From: a virus
DNA: 64,000 bases
Reading direction: 5' to 3' (one strand)
IMG/VR virus record: IMGVR_UViG_3300013117_000371
Both the position numbers and the translations under genes were made by a program. The number at the start of each line of letters is the position of its first letter. The first letter of the stretch is position 1. The notes under the pieces were generated by a model. The model saw only the letters and a program-made list of their open reading frames with translations. It had not been told where the DNA came from and ran no database searches. Positions 1 through 7,793 of this stretch are shown piece after piece.

Positions 1-891
1 TTGCGGGAGGCGCAGCGGACGTACGGCAAGGACTTCAAGGGCCTGTTCCTGTCTTTGGGACTGCCGTTGGACCGCCCCTACGCTCGCATACACCGGTTGA
101 AGATCCCGTTCAACAAGGAAGAGAAAGAAGAGTTCATCGCGCTGTACCAGGGATACCATGGGCAACCCCCCACGCCCCAGGAGATCAAAGAAGCAGGAGC
201 GACCATGGGGCAGCTGGACTTCCTCTTCGCCGACTACAGCAGCCCCCGGGCCCTGGAGCGGGTACTGGAGGGGTTCCTGACTCTGGTGAGCACCCGGACG
301 TACCAGCTTGCGGTGGTGGATGACTTAGGCGCTCTGCCGCCCAGGGAAATCGCCGAGAAGAAGCTGGGGGACGACCCCCGCCGGGGGGCTTTCGCCCGCC
401 TGTTCGGGGAGTTCACGCAGAAGCTCAACCTGTTCCTCCAGTACCACCAGGGGAAGTTCAACCCCACTTCAGTGCTGGTGACCTCCCAGGCTCGCAAGTC
501 GATGATGCCCGGGGACAACTTCACCCTCCCGTTCGGGGAGGCGCTGAAGCACAACACCGCCGCCGTCATCCGAGTGCGGAAGGACGTTGACAAGGAAGGC
601 GGGCAGAAAATCGTCTGGAAAATTGCCCGGGGCAAGTACGGGCACGGCGACGGAGCTCGAGGAGTGCTGCTGTTCAACCCTTACTCCGGCATCGACCGGA
701 CCATGGACCTGGTGACTACGGCCGTCATGTACGAGGTCATTCACAGGGCTGGGACTTCCCACTTCTCATATGGAGAGTTCGGGGGTATTGGCTACGACCC
801 CCTCTGCAACTACGTGGAGGAGCACGGGCTGTACGACGAGATCTGGGAAAAGGTCCTGCGGAAGAAGGGTATCCTCATGAGGACGTCTTGA
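1..891 (+). CDS. recA: RecA/UvsX-like recombinase, 5'-truncated by window edge
   Basis: AQR..G....F.....LD..YAR, Walker B-like VVDDLGAL, TSQAR (NQIR), GEALKHNTAAVIRVRK (GNALKFYASVRLDIRR) and GIDRTMDLV (GINFYGELV) follow RecA motif order. Walker A lies upstream of the window. Confidence 0.85.
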   Translation: MREAQRTYGKDFKGLFLSLGLPLDRPYARIHRLKIPFNKEEKEEFIALYQGYHGQPPTPQEIKEAGATMGQLDFLFADYSSPRALERVLEGFLTLVSTRTYQLAVVDDLGALPPREIAEKKLGDDPRRGAFARLFGEFTQKLNLFLQYHQGKFNPTSVLVTSQARKSMMPGDNFTLPFGEALKHNTAAVIRVRKDVDKEGGQKIVWKIARGKYGHGDGARGVLLFNPYSGIDRTMDLVTTAVMYEVIHRAGTSHFSYGEFGGIGYDPLCNYVEEHGLYDEIWEKVLRKKGILMRTS

Positions 892-916
892 CAACTCCCC
901 TAACTACTACCAAAGT
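888..916 (+). promoter_or_regulatory. possible sigma70-type promoter
   Basis: TTGACA (888-893), 17-nt spacer, CAAAGT (911-916); the -10 is weak. Confidence 0.3.
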
Positions 917-946
917 AGCGGCTGGGGGCACGCGTACCAAGCCCAC

Positions 947-968
947 CAGGCAGTTCCTCAACTGCCTG
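947..968. other. perfect 9-bp inverted repeat in intergenic leader
   Basis: CAGGCAGTT-cctc-AACTGCCTG. Confidence 0.7.
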
Positions 969-1024
969 AAGGCGAAGGTGTCCGCTGCCAACGAAAGCAC
1001 ATCTAATATGGAGGCATGGCGGAC

Positions 1025-1393
1025 ATGACTTGGCAGGAAGCAGAAGCAGCGGTTGCCCGCCTGTACGAGGGGGAGCTTCAGAAAGGATCGGGGTGCTCCC
1101 GCAACCCAGCCCGGAAACAAGACGTAATCTCGGCCACTCACTTGGTGGAAGTGAAGCACACCTGCGCCACGGGGCACCGGGTCAACAAGGACCTCCTATT
1201 GGCCATCCGCCAACGGGCGGCTCGCCTGGGGCTGGCGCCGGCGTTTGCCGTCGTCTTCGACCATCGGCAGTATGCGGTAGTTGTGCACGCCGACGTCGAC
1301 GCCGTCCTGGAGGAGCATAAGGACGACGGTCGCAAAACCGTCACTATCTACCCTGGCGGCATGAAGCCACTTTGGAAAACGGAGTACATATGA
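1025..1393 (+). CDS. Hjc-like Holliday junction resolvase (PD-(D/E)XK)
   Basis: E..VA.....GSG....K.DV.....LVEVK.T motif order. ATG at 1025 is better spaced from GGAGG than the track start at 1016. Confidence 0.7.
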   Translation: MTWQEAEAAVARLYEGELQKGSGCSRNPARKQDVISATHLVEVKHTCATGHRVNKDLLLAIRQRAARLGLAPAFAVVFDHRQYAVVVHADVDAVLEEHKDDGRKTVTIYPGGMKPLWKTEYI

Positions 1394-2136
1394 TTGAAGC
1401 GCGCCACGAGCAGGCGGTCGAGCAGCTGAACGGCATCCTGCAAGAACTGCGGATCGACCCGCCGGAAGTGAAGAACCAGACCTTGACCCCGTCGCAGGCC
1501 GACCTTGGTTGGTGCCCTCGGAAACTGTATTTCAAGTTGACCGGTGAAACGGCGAAGCGCCGAACTACGCTCCAGGCTCAGCTGAGGATGGAGATGGGGA
1601 ACTGCATTCACGAAGTTATCCAAACCTGGATAAAACGCAAGCTCCCGGAGACACTGATTGAGTTCGTAGTGCCGGACACTGAGATGTTGGGGATTACCTC
1701 CCGGGCCCGGGTCGATCTGATCATTGCTGAGTTGCTCAAGGGAGAGTACGACTTCCTGGGGGAGATCAAGTCTTGTGGGGATGCCTACTTCAAGAAATAC
1801 GTGAAGAACACCCCCCAGTCACACTATTTCCAAATGCTGATGACGGCGGCGCTGCTGAAGCTGTGGCAGCCCGGTATCCTAATCCTTGTCAATCGGAACA
1901 CAGGGACGCCCCACGCCAAATTGGTGGACCTCACCGAGGAAGCATGGGCAAAAGAACTGGCCGAGTTGGCCAAGTTCAAGGAGACCTATGTTGACTCCGG
2001 GATCTTACCGCCTTTGCCGGTAGGGAAAAGTTCTTTTCTTTGCAGCACTTGTGACTACTACCATAAGTGCTTTGGCCGCAGACAGCCCAAGACCGGGGCA
2101 CTCGCCCGCAGTAAGGTATTCAAAAGGAGGAGTTGA
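1390..2136 (+). CDS. Cas4-like/RecB-family PD-(D/E)XK exonuclease with Fe-S cysteines
   Basis: CPRKLY, GNCIH, RVD, EIK, HYFQ, C-terminal CSTCDYYHKC; ATGA overlap with the upstream gene. Confidence 0.85.
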   Translation: MIEARHEQAVEQLNGILQELRIDPPEVKNQTLTPSQADLGWCPRKLYFKLTGETAKRRTTLQAQLRMEMGNCIHEVIQTWIKRKLPETLIEFVVPDTEMLGITSRARVDLIIAELLKGEYDFLGEIKSCGDAYFKKYVKNTPQSHYFQMLMTAALLKLWQPGILILVNRNTGTPHAKLVDLTEEAWAKELAELAKFKETYVDSGILPPLPVGKSSFLCSTCDYYHKCFGRRQPKTGALARSKVFKRRS

Positions 2137-2699
2137 TGGCAATAGGGTTCAAGTCAACCGAAGAGCTACGAGCTATCCGGGAACGCAAGAAGGCTGCAGT
2201 GGACAGGGCCTTCGGCGACTGGGAGGCCCGGAAGTTACCGCTATTCCAGTTGCCTGAAAGGGAGTATCCCCAAATCCCGGAGAACATCACTGATTGGCCC
2301 AACCCTGAATTAGAGCAACTCATGGCGATAATGAGGATTTGGGACGCCTACATTGCGGAGCGGATGGTGGAGGCGAAGACGATCAAGAACACATGGGAGG
2401 CCACTAAGAGAGCGGTTGAGTCCCGGGTCATTCACGAGCTCAGGTTGGCCTACGGAGAGTCCCTGGAGAAGCGACGAGTAGCGGTGAGAGCCAACGTCGA
2501 CTATATGGAAGCGGACGAGCGGTACGAAAGTGCTTGTCACGCCTTCAGCATGCTGGAGATGCGGCACAAGCAAATCTCCCGGGACCTGGCGGTGGTGTCT
2601 CGCATTGTGGAGTTGCGAAAGTTGGAGCAGCGAGGTAGGGGGTCCGGGGAGGACTACCCTTCCGACATTAACGAAGGCGACCGGTATGCGGAGGACTGA
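2133..2699 (+). CDS. coiled-coil protein, possible UvsY-like recombination mediator
   Basis: 188-aa helical ORF, translationally coupled, inside the recombination module; function inferred from position only. Confidence 0.55.
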   Translation: MMAIGFKSTEELRAIRERKKAAVDRAFGDWEARKLPLFQLPEREYPQIPENITDWPNPELEQLMAIMRIWDAYIAERMVEAKTIKNTWEATKRAVESRVIHELRLAYGESLEKRRVAVRANVDYMEADERYESACHAFSMLEMRHKQISRDLAVVSRIVELRKLEQRGRGSGEDYPSDINEGDRYAED

Positions 2700-3790
2700 T
2701 GAGACGCGTAACCACTCACTCTGAACTGGTGTGTGTTGCCCGTGCTCGGGGGTACTGTGTCGATTTGGATATGAGCCCCTTCGACTTAACGGAGCTCATT
2801 GAGGGCACTGGCGCCGACCCGCCCATGTCGGTTCTTGACCAACGAAGGATGCGCATTTTCCGGGTCATTCGGACCTTCAAGGACCGGGTAGAGCTCGACT
2901 GCCCCGGCGATTGCTATCGTTGTCCAGCGGCGCAACTGGTGCGGTGTTGGATTTTGAGTAGGGAGACAGTAGAGACGTTTGAAAGCCATTTAACGACGGA
3001 GGAATGGGAGATGGCAGAACACCAGCTGTATACGCGAAAAGAACTGGAAGCACTGGAGCAGGGGGATCTCTACCGCATCGGCGCCGTGGAGGCGAAGATC
3101 CCCCGGTTCGACGTCTACTCCATGCCCAAGGAGGAGATCATCCTGAAAATTCTGGAGGCGCGGGGCGCCCCCGGTGAAGTCGACAAGGCCCCTGAAGAGC
3201 CCAAAGGCAAAAAGGGCGGCCCCAAGAAGAAAGCTCCGCCCAAGAAGAAGAAGGGGGGGGAGCCCGCAGCTACGGGGGAGCCAGCAGACGCAGAGGAGTC
3301 GGCCGGAGCGCCCAAGAAGGCAACACGGAAACAGAAGTCTGCGGGCAAGAAGGCCCCGCCCAAGAAGAAAGCTCCCCCCTCAGCGCCCCCCACTGCCGAA
3401 GGCACGGAGGGGGGAGAGCAGCCGGAGAGCGAAGCGCCTACGCCGAAGTACGACAAGGGCGATCCTCTGCATGCCTTTGAGGACGCTGAGCCCGCTGCGC
3501 TGATTCACGCAGCCTTGCTCAAGATGGTGGCCAAAATGGGCGGCACCGCTGGGGCAGCCGAAGAAGTAGCCTTCCTGCGGGAGCAGGTCATGCAGCTCGT
3601 CGCCCGGGTACAGGCCTTGGAGGAAGCTGAAAGGAAGGCAGTCGCAGCGATCGACTTGTTGGTCGACAAGGTGATGGCGGGCTTTGTCGATGTCCAGACC
3701 ATCCTAGAGAATTACCTGGACTTGGACGACGTCGAGGGGGAGGGCCCTTTCGCCCGCCTGAAGGACGTCGCCGACCGGTACCGGGAGTAA
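2699..3790 (+). CDS. multidomain protein: Cys-rich N-terminus, Rho-N/HeH-like motif, Lys/Pro-rich linker, coiled coil; probable DNA binder
   Basis: CPGDCYRC...VRC; YTRKELEAL...MPKEEIILKIL; KKAPPKKK twice; internal GGAGG-8nt-ATG at 3011. Confidence 0.7.
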   Translation: MRRVTTHSELVCVARARGYCVDLDMSPFDLTELIEGTGADPPMSVLDQRRMRIFRVIRTFKDRVELDCPGDCYRCPAAQLVRCWILSRETVETFESHLTTEEWEMAEHQLYTRKELEALEQGDLYRIGAVEAKIPRFDVYSMPKEEIILKILEARGAPGEVDKAPEEPKGKKGGPKKKAPPKKKKGGEPAATGEPADAEESAGAPKKATRKQKSAGKKAPPKKKAPPSAPPTAEGTEGGEQPESEAPTPKYDKGDPLHAFEDAEPAALIHAALLKMVAKMGGTAGAAEEVAFLREQVMQLVARVQALEEAERKAVAAIDLLVDKVMAGFVDVQTILENYLDLDDVEGEGPFARLKDVADRYRE

Positions 3791-3915
3791 CTCCCACGGT
3801 ACTTATCGAAGAGCCGGAAGACATCATCGCCCACATGCGGGAGTTGGGGTTTTCCGGCTCTCCTACTGACTTGATCGAGATTGCCGCTGAGCTGTCAATT
3901 ACGGAGGACGAATGA
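3751..3915 (+). other. start-less reading frame in the -1 frame of the 363-aa gene, ending in an ATGA overlap with the AAA gene
   Basis: Reads ...VLIEEPEDIIAHMRELGFSGSPTDLIEIAAELSITEDE*; in-phase C CCT TTC heptamer at 3745-3751. Confidence 0.45.
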
Positions 3916-5339
3916 GTTACCCGTTTGACTTGAAACTTGAGGACTACATCAGGGCATCCTACCCCATTATTGTGGTTGAGACATTCGACCCTCTGTATAC
4001 AGAGGACCGAATTACCCGAATTGCTGACAGGTTGGGGAAGGGGGCCACCGTGGAAGTGCAGGACTTGATAGGCCTCAAGGGCCAGGTGGTGAAGTACGTG
4101 GATACACTTCCGGACACGAAAGGGAAGTGGAGCATTATTGTTCTGCGGAATATGCACTTCTTCCTCCAGGACAAGTCGTTCCTGCAAGCGCTCCACAACT
4201 TCGTCCGGAAAGTGCGTGAGAAGGACAAGCCCTGCATTCTCATTGGGACTTGCCCTACCATTGAGGAATTGCCGGCGGAGATCGGCCGTGAAGCTGTCGT
4301 CGTCCGGGACAGACTCCCCGAAGAGGAGGACCTTTTGGGCTTTGCCGGGGCCCTGGCCCTCGAGTACGGAGGCAAGGTGGAGATCCCCCAGTCGGCGCTG
4401 CCCGAAGTGGCCAAGGTTGGCCGAGGTATGACCTTCAGCGAGTTCAAGCGGGCATTCAAGCTCTCCCTGGTCAAGACCAAGGGGCTGGACCCAGCTTTGT
4501 TTGCCGAGGTCAAGAAGCAGATCCTCCGGCAGTCTGCAGCGTTGTCTTTGTACCAACCGTTGCCGACGGACAAAATGGATGACCTGGCCGGCATGGAGAG
4601 TCTGAAGTTCTTCATGGTCAGAACGGAAGGGAAGATCCGGGGCGTGCTGATTATGGGGCCTCCAGGTACCGGCAAGACGCACTTCGCCAAATCCCTGGCT
4701 CGAAAGTTGGGCATTCCACTCATCATCCTGGACGTGGGCAGCCTGTTCCACGGAATTGTCGGGTCCTCCGAGGCCCGAATGCGCCGCATGGTGGCCATTG
4801 TGGAGGCCTTTGGGCGCTGTTTGCTGTTGGTAGACGAAATCGAGAAGGGTTTCTCCGGCCTCGGTGGAAGTGGCTCTACTGATGGGGGTACCACGCAGAG
4901 GACCTTGTCCAAGTTCCTCACCTGGTTGTCCGACCGGAGGAGCCTGGACGCATGCGTGATTGCTACGTGCAACGCCATGAGTTTACCCCCCGAGTACATT
5001 CGGGCCGGCAGGTTCTCCACCATCTTCTACCTGGGCTTGCCCAACCAGAAGGTGAGGGACAAGGCGTGGGAGATTCACAAGCGCAACTTCGGTATCGAGG
5101 AGGAGGGGCACCCGCCTGATGAGGGGTGGAGTGGTGCAGAAATCTTTCAATGCTGTGAGAATGCCAAGGCCATGAATGTGTCTTTGGCCGAAGCAGCAGG
5201 CTACACAGTGAGGGTTTCCCGAGTCTCCAAGGCACAGCTTGAAGAGCTCAGGCGCTTCGCTGACGAGGCAGGACTGGTCCCGGCCGACGACCCGGACGAG
5301 GATGACGAGGACACCTCCTCCATAGTGGTGGACGCATGA
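3912..5339 (+). CDS. Ycf46-like AAA+ ATPase
   Basis: IRASYPIIVVET N-terminus, Walker A GPPGTGKT, Walker B LLVDEIEKG, VIATCN, PPEYIRAGRF arginine finger. Confidence 0.9.
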   Translation: MSYPFDLKLEDYIRASYPIIVVETFDPLYTEDRITRIADRLGKGATVEVQDLIGLKGQVVKYVDTLPDTKGKWSIIVLRNMHFFLQDKSFLQALHNFVRKVREKDKPCILIGTCPTIEELPAEIGREAVVVRDRLPEEEDLLGFAGALALEYGGKVEIPQSALPEVAKVGRGMTFSEFKRAFKLSLVKTKGLDPALFAEVKKQILRQSAALSLYQPLPTDKMDDLAGMESLKFFMVRTEGKIRGVLIMGPPGTGKTHFAKSLARKLGIPLIILDVGSLFHGIVGSSEARMRRMVAIVEAFGRCLLLVDEIEKGFSGLGGSGSTDGGTTQRTLSKFLTWLSDRRSLDACVIATCNAMSLPPEYIRAGRFSTIFYLGLPNQKVRDKAWEIHKRNFGIEEEGHPPDEGWSGAEIFQCCENAKAMNVSLAEAAGYTVRVSRVSKAQLEELRRFADEAGLVPADDPDEDDEDTSSIVVDA

Positions 5340-5719
5340 GCCACGCCGTGGAGATGGAGTTCAAACCGGAAAGCCTCGAGTTGCTGGAGAGGGCTTGCCA
5401 GAAGGTAGGGTTCACATACTGCCAAGGCAAGTCTACCATCCGCACGCTGCACAACGACACTGCCGCCGAGCGGGGCTTCAAGCATGACCAGGTGGCAGTC
5501 ATCGAAGTCCCCGGTGTCCCTTGGGACATAGGCGTCCAAGAAGTGGAGGGGAAGCATCGACTCGTCGGTGATGAGTACATGACCAAGTGGGTCAATCAAG
5601 TCGCCGACCAGTACCACGTGGAGGCCGCCCTGGTGTACGCTGAGGAGATGGGGTATGAGGCAACAATCGAAACCCAACCCGACGGCGCCATCGAGGTGGT
5701 CATGGTGCAGTACGAATGA
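5336..5719 (+). CDS. DUF1257 (Ycf35)-like protein
   Basis: MSH start, L..AC..VGF, DIG, C-terminal GYE.....QPDGAIEVVM; typical neighbour of Ycf46-type ATPases. Confidence 0.7.
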   Translation: MSHAVEMEFKPESLELLERACQKVGFTYCQGKSTIRTLHNDTAAERGFKHDQVAVIEVPGVPWDIGVQEVEGKHRLVGDEYMTKWVNQVADQYHVEAALVYAEEMGYEATIETQPDGAIEVVMVQYE

Positions 5720-5910
5720 AAACCATCAAGATGAGGATCAAGAATGGGCGATGCCACATTGAAACTGACGGTTTCACCAGGGGCGAGTGCCTCGAAGCGA
5801 CGGCCCCGCTCAAGCAGCTCATCGGCGAAGAAGCCGAGGAGCCCAAACTCAAAGATGAGTACTTCCAGGAAGAGGTTACTGAGGACGCTCTCGAATACGA
5901 GGAGTTCTGA
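5716..5910 (+). CDS. DUF2997-like small protein
   Basis: I..G...IETDGFTRGECLEAT..L...IG......K.EYFQ pattern; coupled to the DUF1257-like gene. Confidence 0.75.
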   Translation: MKTIKMRIKNGRCHIETDGFTRGECLEATAPLKQLIGEEAEEPKLKDEYFQEEVTEDALEYEEF

Positions 5911-6046
5911 CTTTCGCTTCACCCTCCGAGGCGGCAGGGTGGTATCCTCATGGTGGACCCCCGGGCTAGACAGGTTTTTGGCCTACCTGGGGGTCCCCGA
6001 AGGGGACGTCAACCGCAACCCTTGGTGCGGGTAACGGAGGTAAGAG
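5911..6046 (+). other. densely structured intergenic leader
   Basis: Hairpins CACCCT/AGGGTG, GACCCC..CAGGT/ACCTG..GGGGTC, GTCCCC-GAA-GGGGAC, CCGCA/TGCGG, followed by a GGAGG RBS. Confidence 0.5.
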
Positions 6047-6904
6047 ATGGAACCAGCAACAAGATTCAACGTCGAGGCGTTGTTCTCAAGCGCCACACTT
6101 GTGTGGCTCAGGATCAGCGTATGGACAGCAAAAAAGGATCTCCCGAAAGGAGGAGACAAACGACGCGGGAAGCACGTCTTCCTGGTCGACAAGAAATGGC
6201 TCAAGGGGATAACCCGCGTGGAGCGGGCGGCCCGGGACTTCCTGCAAGAGAAAGGGGGACGGTCCCCCACCGGGTCCGGGTACCTCATAGATAACGAGAT
6301 CCTTCCGGAGGTGATGCAGCGACTGGAGGACTTCCAAGAGGAGTTCTTGGACGCTGTCGACGACTTTGTCGAGGAGGAATTCGACAGCGCCCTGGTGGAA
6401 TCCCGAGAGGAGCTGACAGCCGAAGAGCTCGAGCTCATGCCGGCTAAGACAGCCCTCCCTCGAAAATTCGGGTTCCGTTACGGGCGTATCATCTTCGCTC
6501 TCCCCTCCATGGGTGCTGCCGAAACGCAGGCCAGTATCGACAATATGGAGGAGTGGGCAACCAACAACACCAATGGGCTCCTGTTGAGGGGGTACGAGCG
6601 ACTGCGCCACGCCGAGAGCATTTTCGGCAACACCAAACGGAGGCTTTATGCTTCCGTGATTGGTCAAGTTCTGGCCTGGTGCGAGGAGTACGCAACGAAG
6701 CGGAGTATCCTGTGGGGAATTCCCCCGGGCTTGTTGTCCATTGTAAACGACACTGACCAGAAGTTCCGGGGCCTCAATTTGGCGGCCCTACGGAAAGACG
6801 AGGGAAAGCGTCTCGACGCTTCTCAGCTCGTCAAATCTCTGGCCGACAGATTGGAGCCCCTGTTGCCCTCCGGCGACGACGTGGCTCTCGAGGAGGAACG
6901 GTGA
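6047..6904 (+). CDS. DUF3150-like helical protein
   Basis: LRISVWTAKK.L N-terminus, GYLI....L.EV...LEDFQEEF..AVDDF pattern seen in phage/MGE proteins; strong RBS. Confidence 0.55.
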   Translation: MEPATRFNVEALFSSATLVWLRISVWTAKKDLPKGGDKRRGKHVFLVDKKWLKGITRVERAARDFLQEKGGRSPTGSGYLIDNEILPEVMQRLEDFQEEFLDAVDDFVEEEFDSALVESREELTAEELELMPAKTALPRKFGFRYGRIIFALPSMGAAETQASIDNMEEWATNNTNGLLLRGYERLRHAESIFGNTKRRLYASVIGQVLAWCEEYATKRSILWGIPPGLLSIVNDTDQKFRGLNLAALRKDEGKRLDASQLVKSLADRLEPLLPSGDDVALEEER

Positions 6905-7410
6905 GCGCATTGAAACCTGAAGAACTGAAACAGATCCGTGAGGAGGTATTGCAGATCACGGTGACTGCTATGGCGGGGCTCCTCGGAGTACCCCGGGCTA
7001 CCTACCGGAAGTACGAAAAGGGGGACTTCCCCATCCCTGACGACTTGGCGGAGCGCATCGACCAGATCGTAGCCGAGGAGAAGGCGGGCGGGGGGCTTGA
7101 CTCCCCCACCGACTCACCCCCCCGGAAGCCCGCTCCCAAGAGGAAGAAGGCGAAGACGCCTTCACCGCCCGAACCGCAGGCGCCGGAACCGGAAAAGGAA
7201 GAGGAAGCGCCTGCCAAGTCGGCGGAGTCCCCCCGGAAAAAGCCGGAACCCGCTCCCGTGAGTGAGGAGCCGTCCCTGCTGGTAAAGGAATCTGCCCTGA
7301 GCATCCGGGAGCTCATACAAACAACGGAGACACAAACAGGGCTGGCCCAGCTCGTGCGGCTGCTTTCTTCGGGGAAGAAGGTCCGCATTGAAATCTCCCT
7401 GGTGGATTGA
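6901..7410 (+). CDS. XRE/Cro-like HTH regulator with Pro/Lys-rich linker
   Basis: LKQIRE..LQIT...MAGLLGVPRATYRKYEKG..P. Confidence 0.8.
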   Translation: MSALKPEELKQIREEVLQITVTAMAGLLGVPRATYRKYEKGDFPIPDDLAERIDQIVAEEKAGGGLDSPTDSPPRKPAPKRKKAKTPSPPEPQAPEPEKEEEAPAKSAESPRKKPEPAPVSEEPSLLVKESALSIRELIQTTETQTGLAQLVRLLSSGKKVRIEISLVD

Positions 7411-7793
7411 TGGGAGTCACCGTCGTCGACATCTGCTTTGACCAAGTGGACATCTACTCAATTCAGAAAGGGACCACCCGAAAAGCGGAGCTCCCGGCAA
7501 GGTTCGACTCCCCGGAGCGGGCGGTGGACTTCGCTGAGGCGGTGGGGCAAGCCATGGAGGCGGCTATAGAGCACGTTGGGGACACCGGGCTGATCGCAAT
7601 CGACGTGACCCACCCGTGGAACCGCGGAGCGATCTGCGCTGCCGTAGCTGCCGCCCCCAGCCTCTGGTCAGAGGTCGGCTACCTGTACTACAACGCCCGG
7701 GAGGACCCGGACAAAGTGACGGAGGAAGGAGATGAACGCGGGAAAAGACTCCACGACCACTACCTCAGGACCCTTGCTGAGCAAAACGGCTGA
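7407..7793 (+). CDS. hypothetical protein
   Basis: 128-aa ORF with TGATG coupling and coding-like codon usage. Confidence 0.65.
   Translation: MMGVTVVDICFDQVDIYSIQKGTTRKAELPARFDSPERAVDFAEAVGQAMEAAIEHVGDTGLIAIDVTHPWNRGAICAAVAAAPSLWSEVGYLYYNAREDPDKVTEEGDERGKRLHDHYLRTLAEQNG

Noticed and set aside
965-996. Hammerhead-like CUGA...CGAAA
   Set aside because: The core reads CUGAAGG rather than CUGANGA, and stem II geometry does not fit.
1390-2136. CRISPR-Cas locus
   Set aside because: No repeat-spacer array and no other cas genes in the window.
7495-7520. tRNA T-loop-like GGTTCGACTCC
   Set aside because: The T-stem does not pair, no cloverleaf forms, and it lies inside a coding region.
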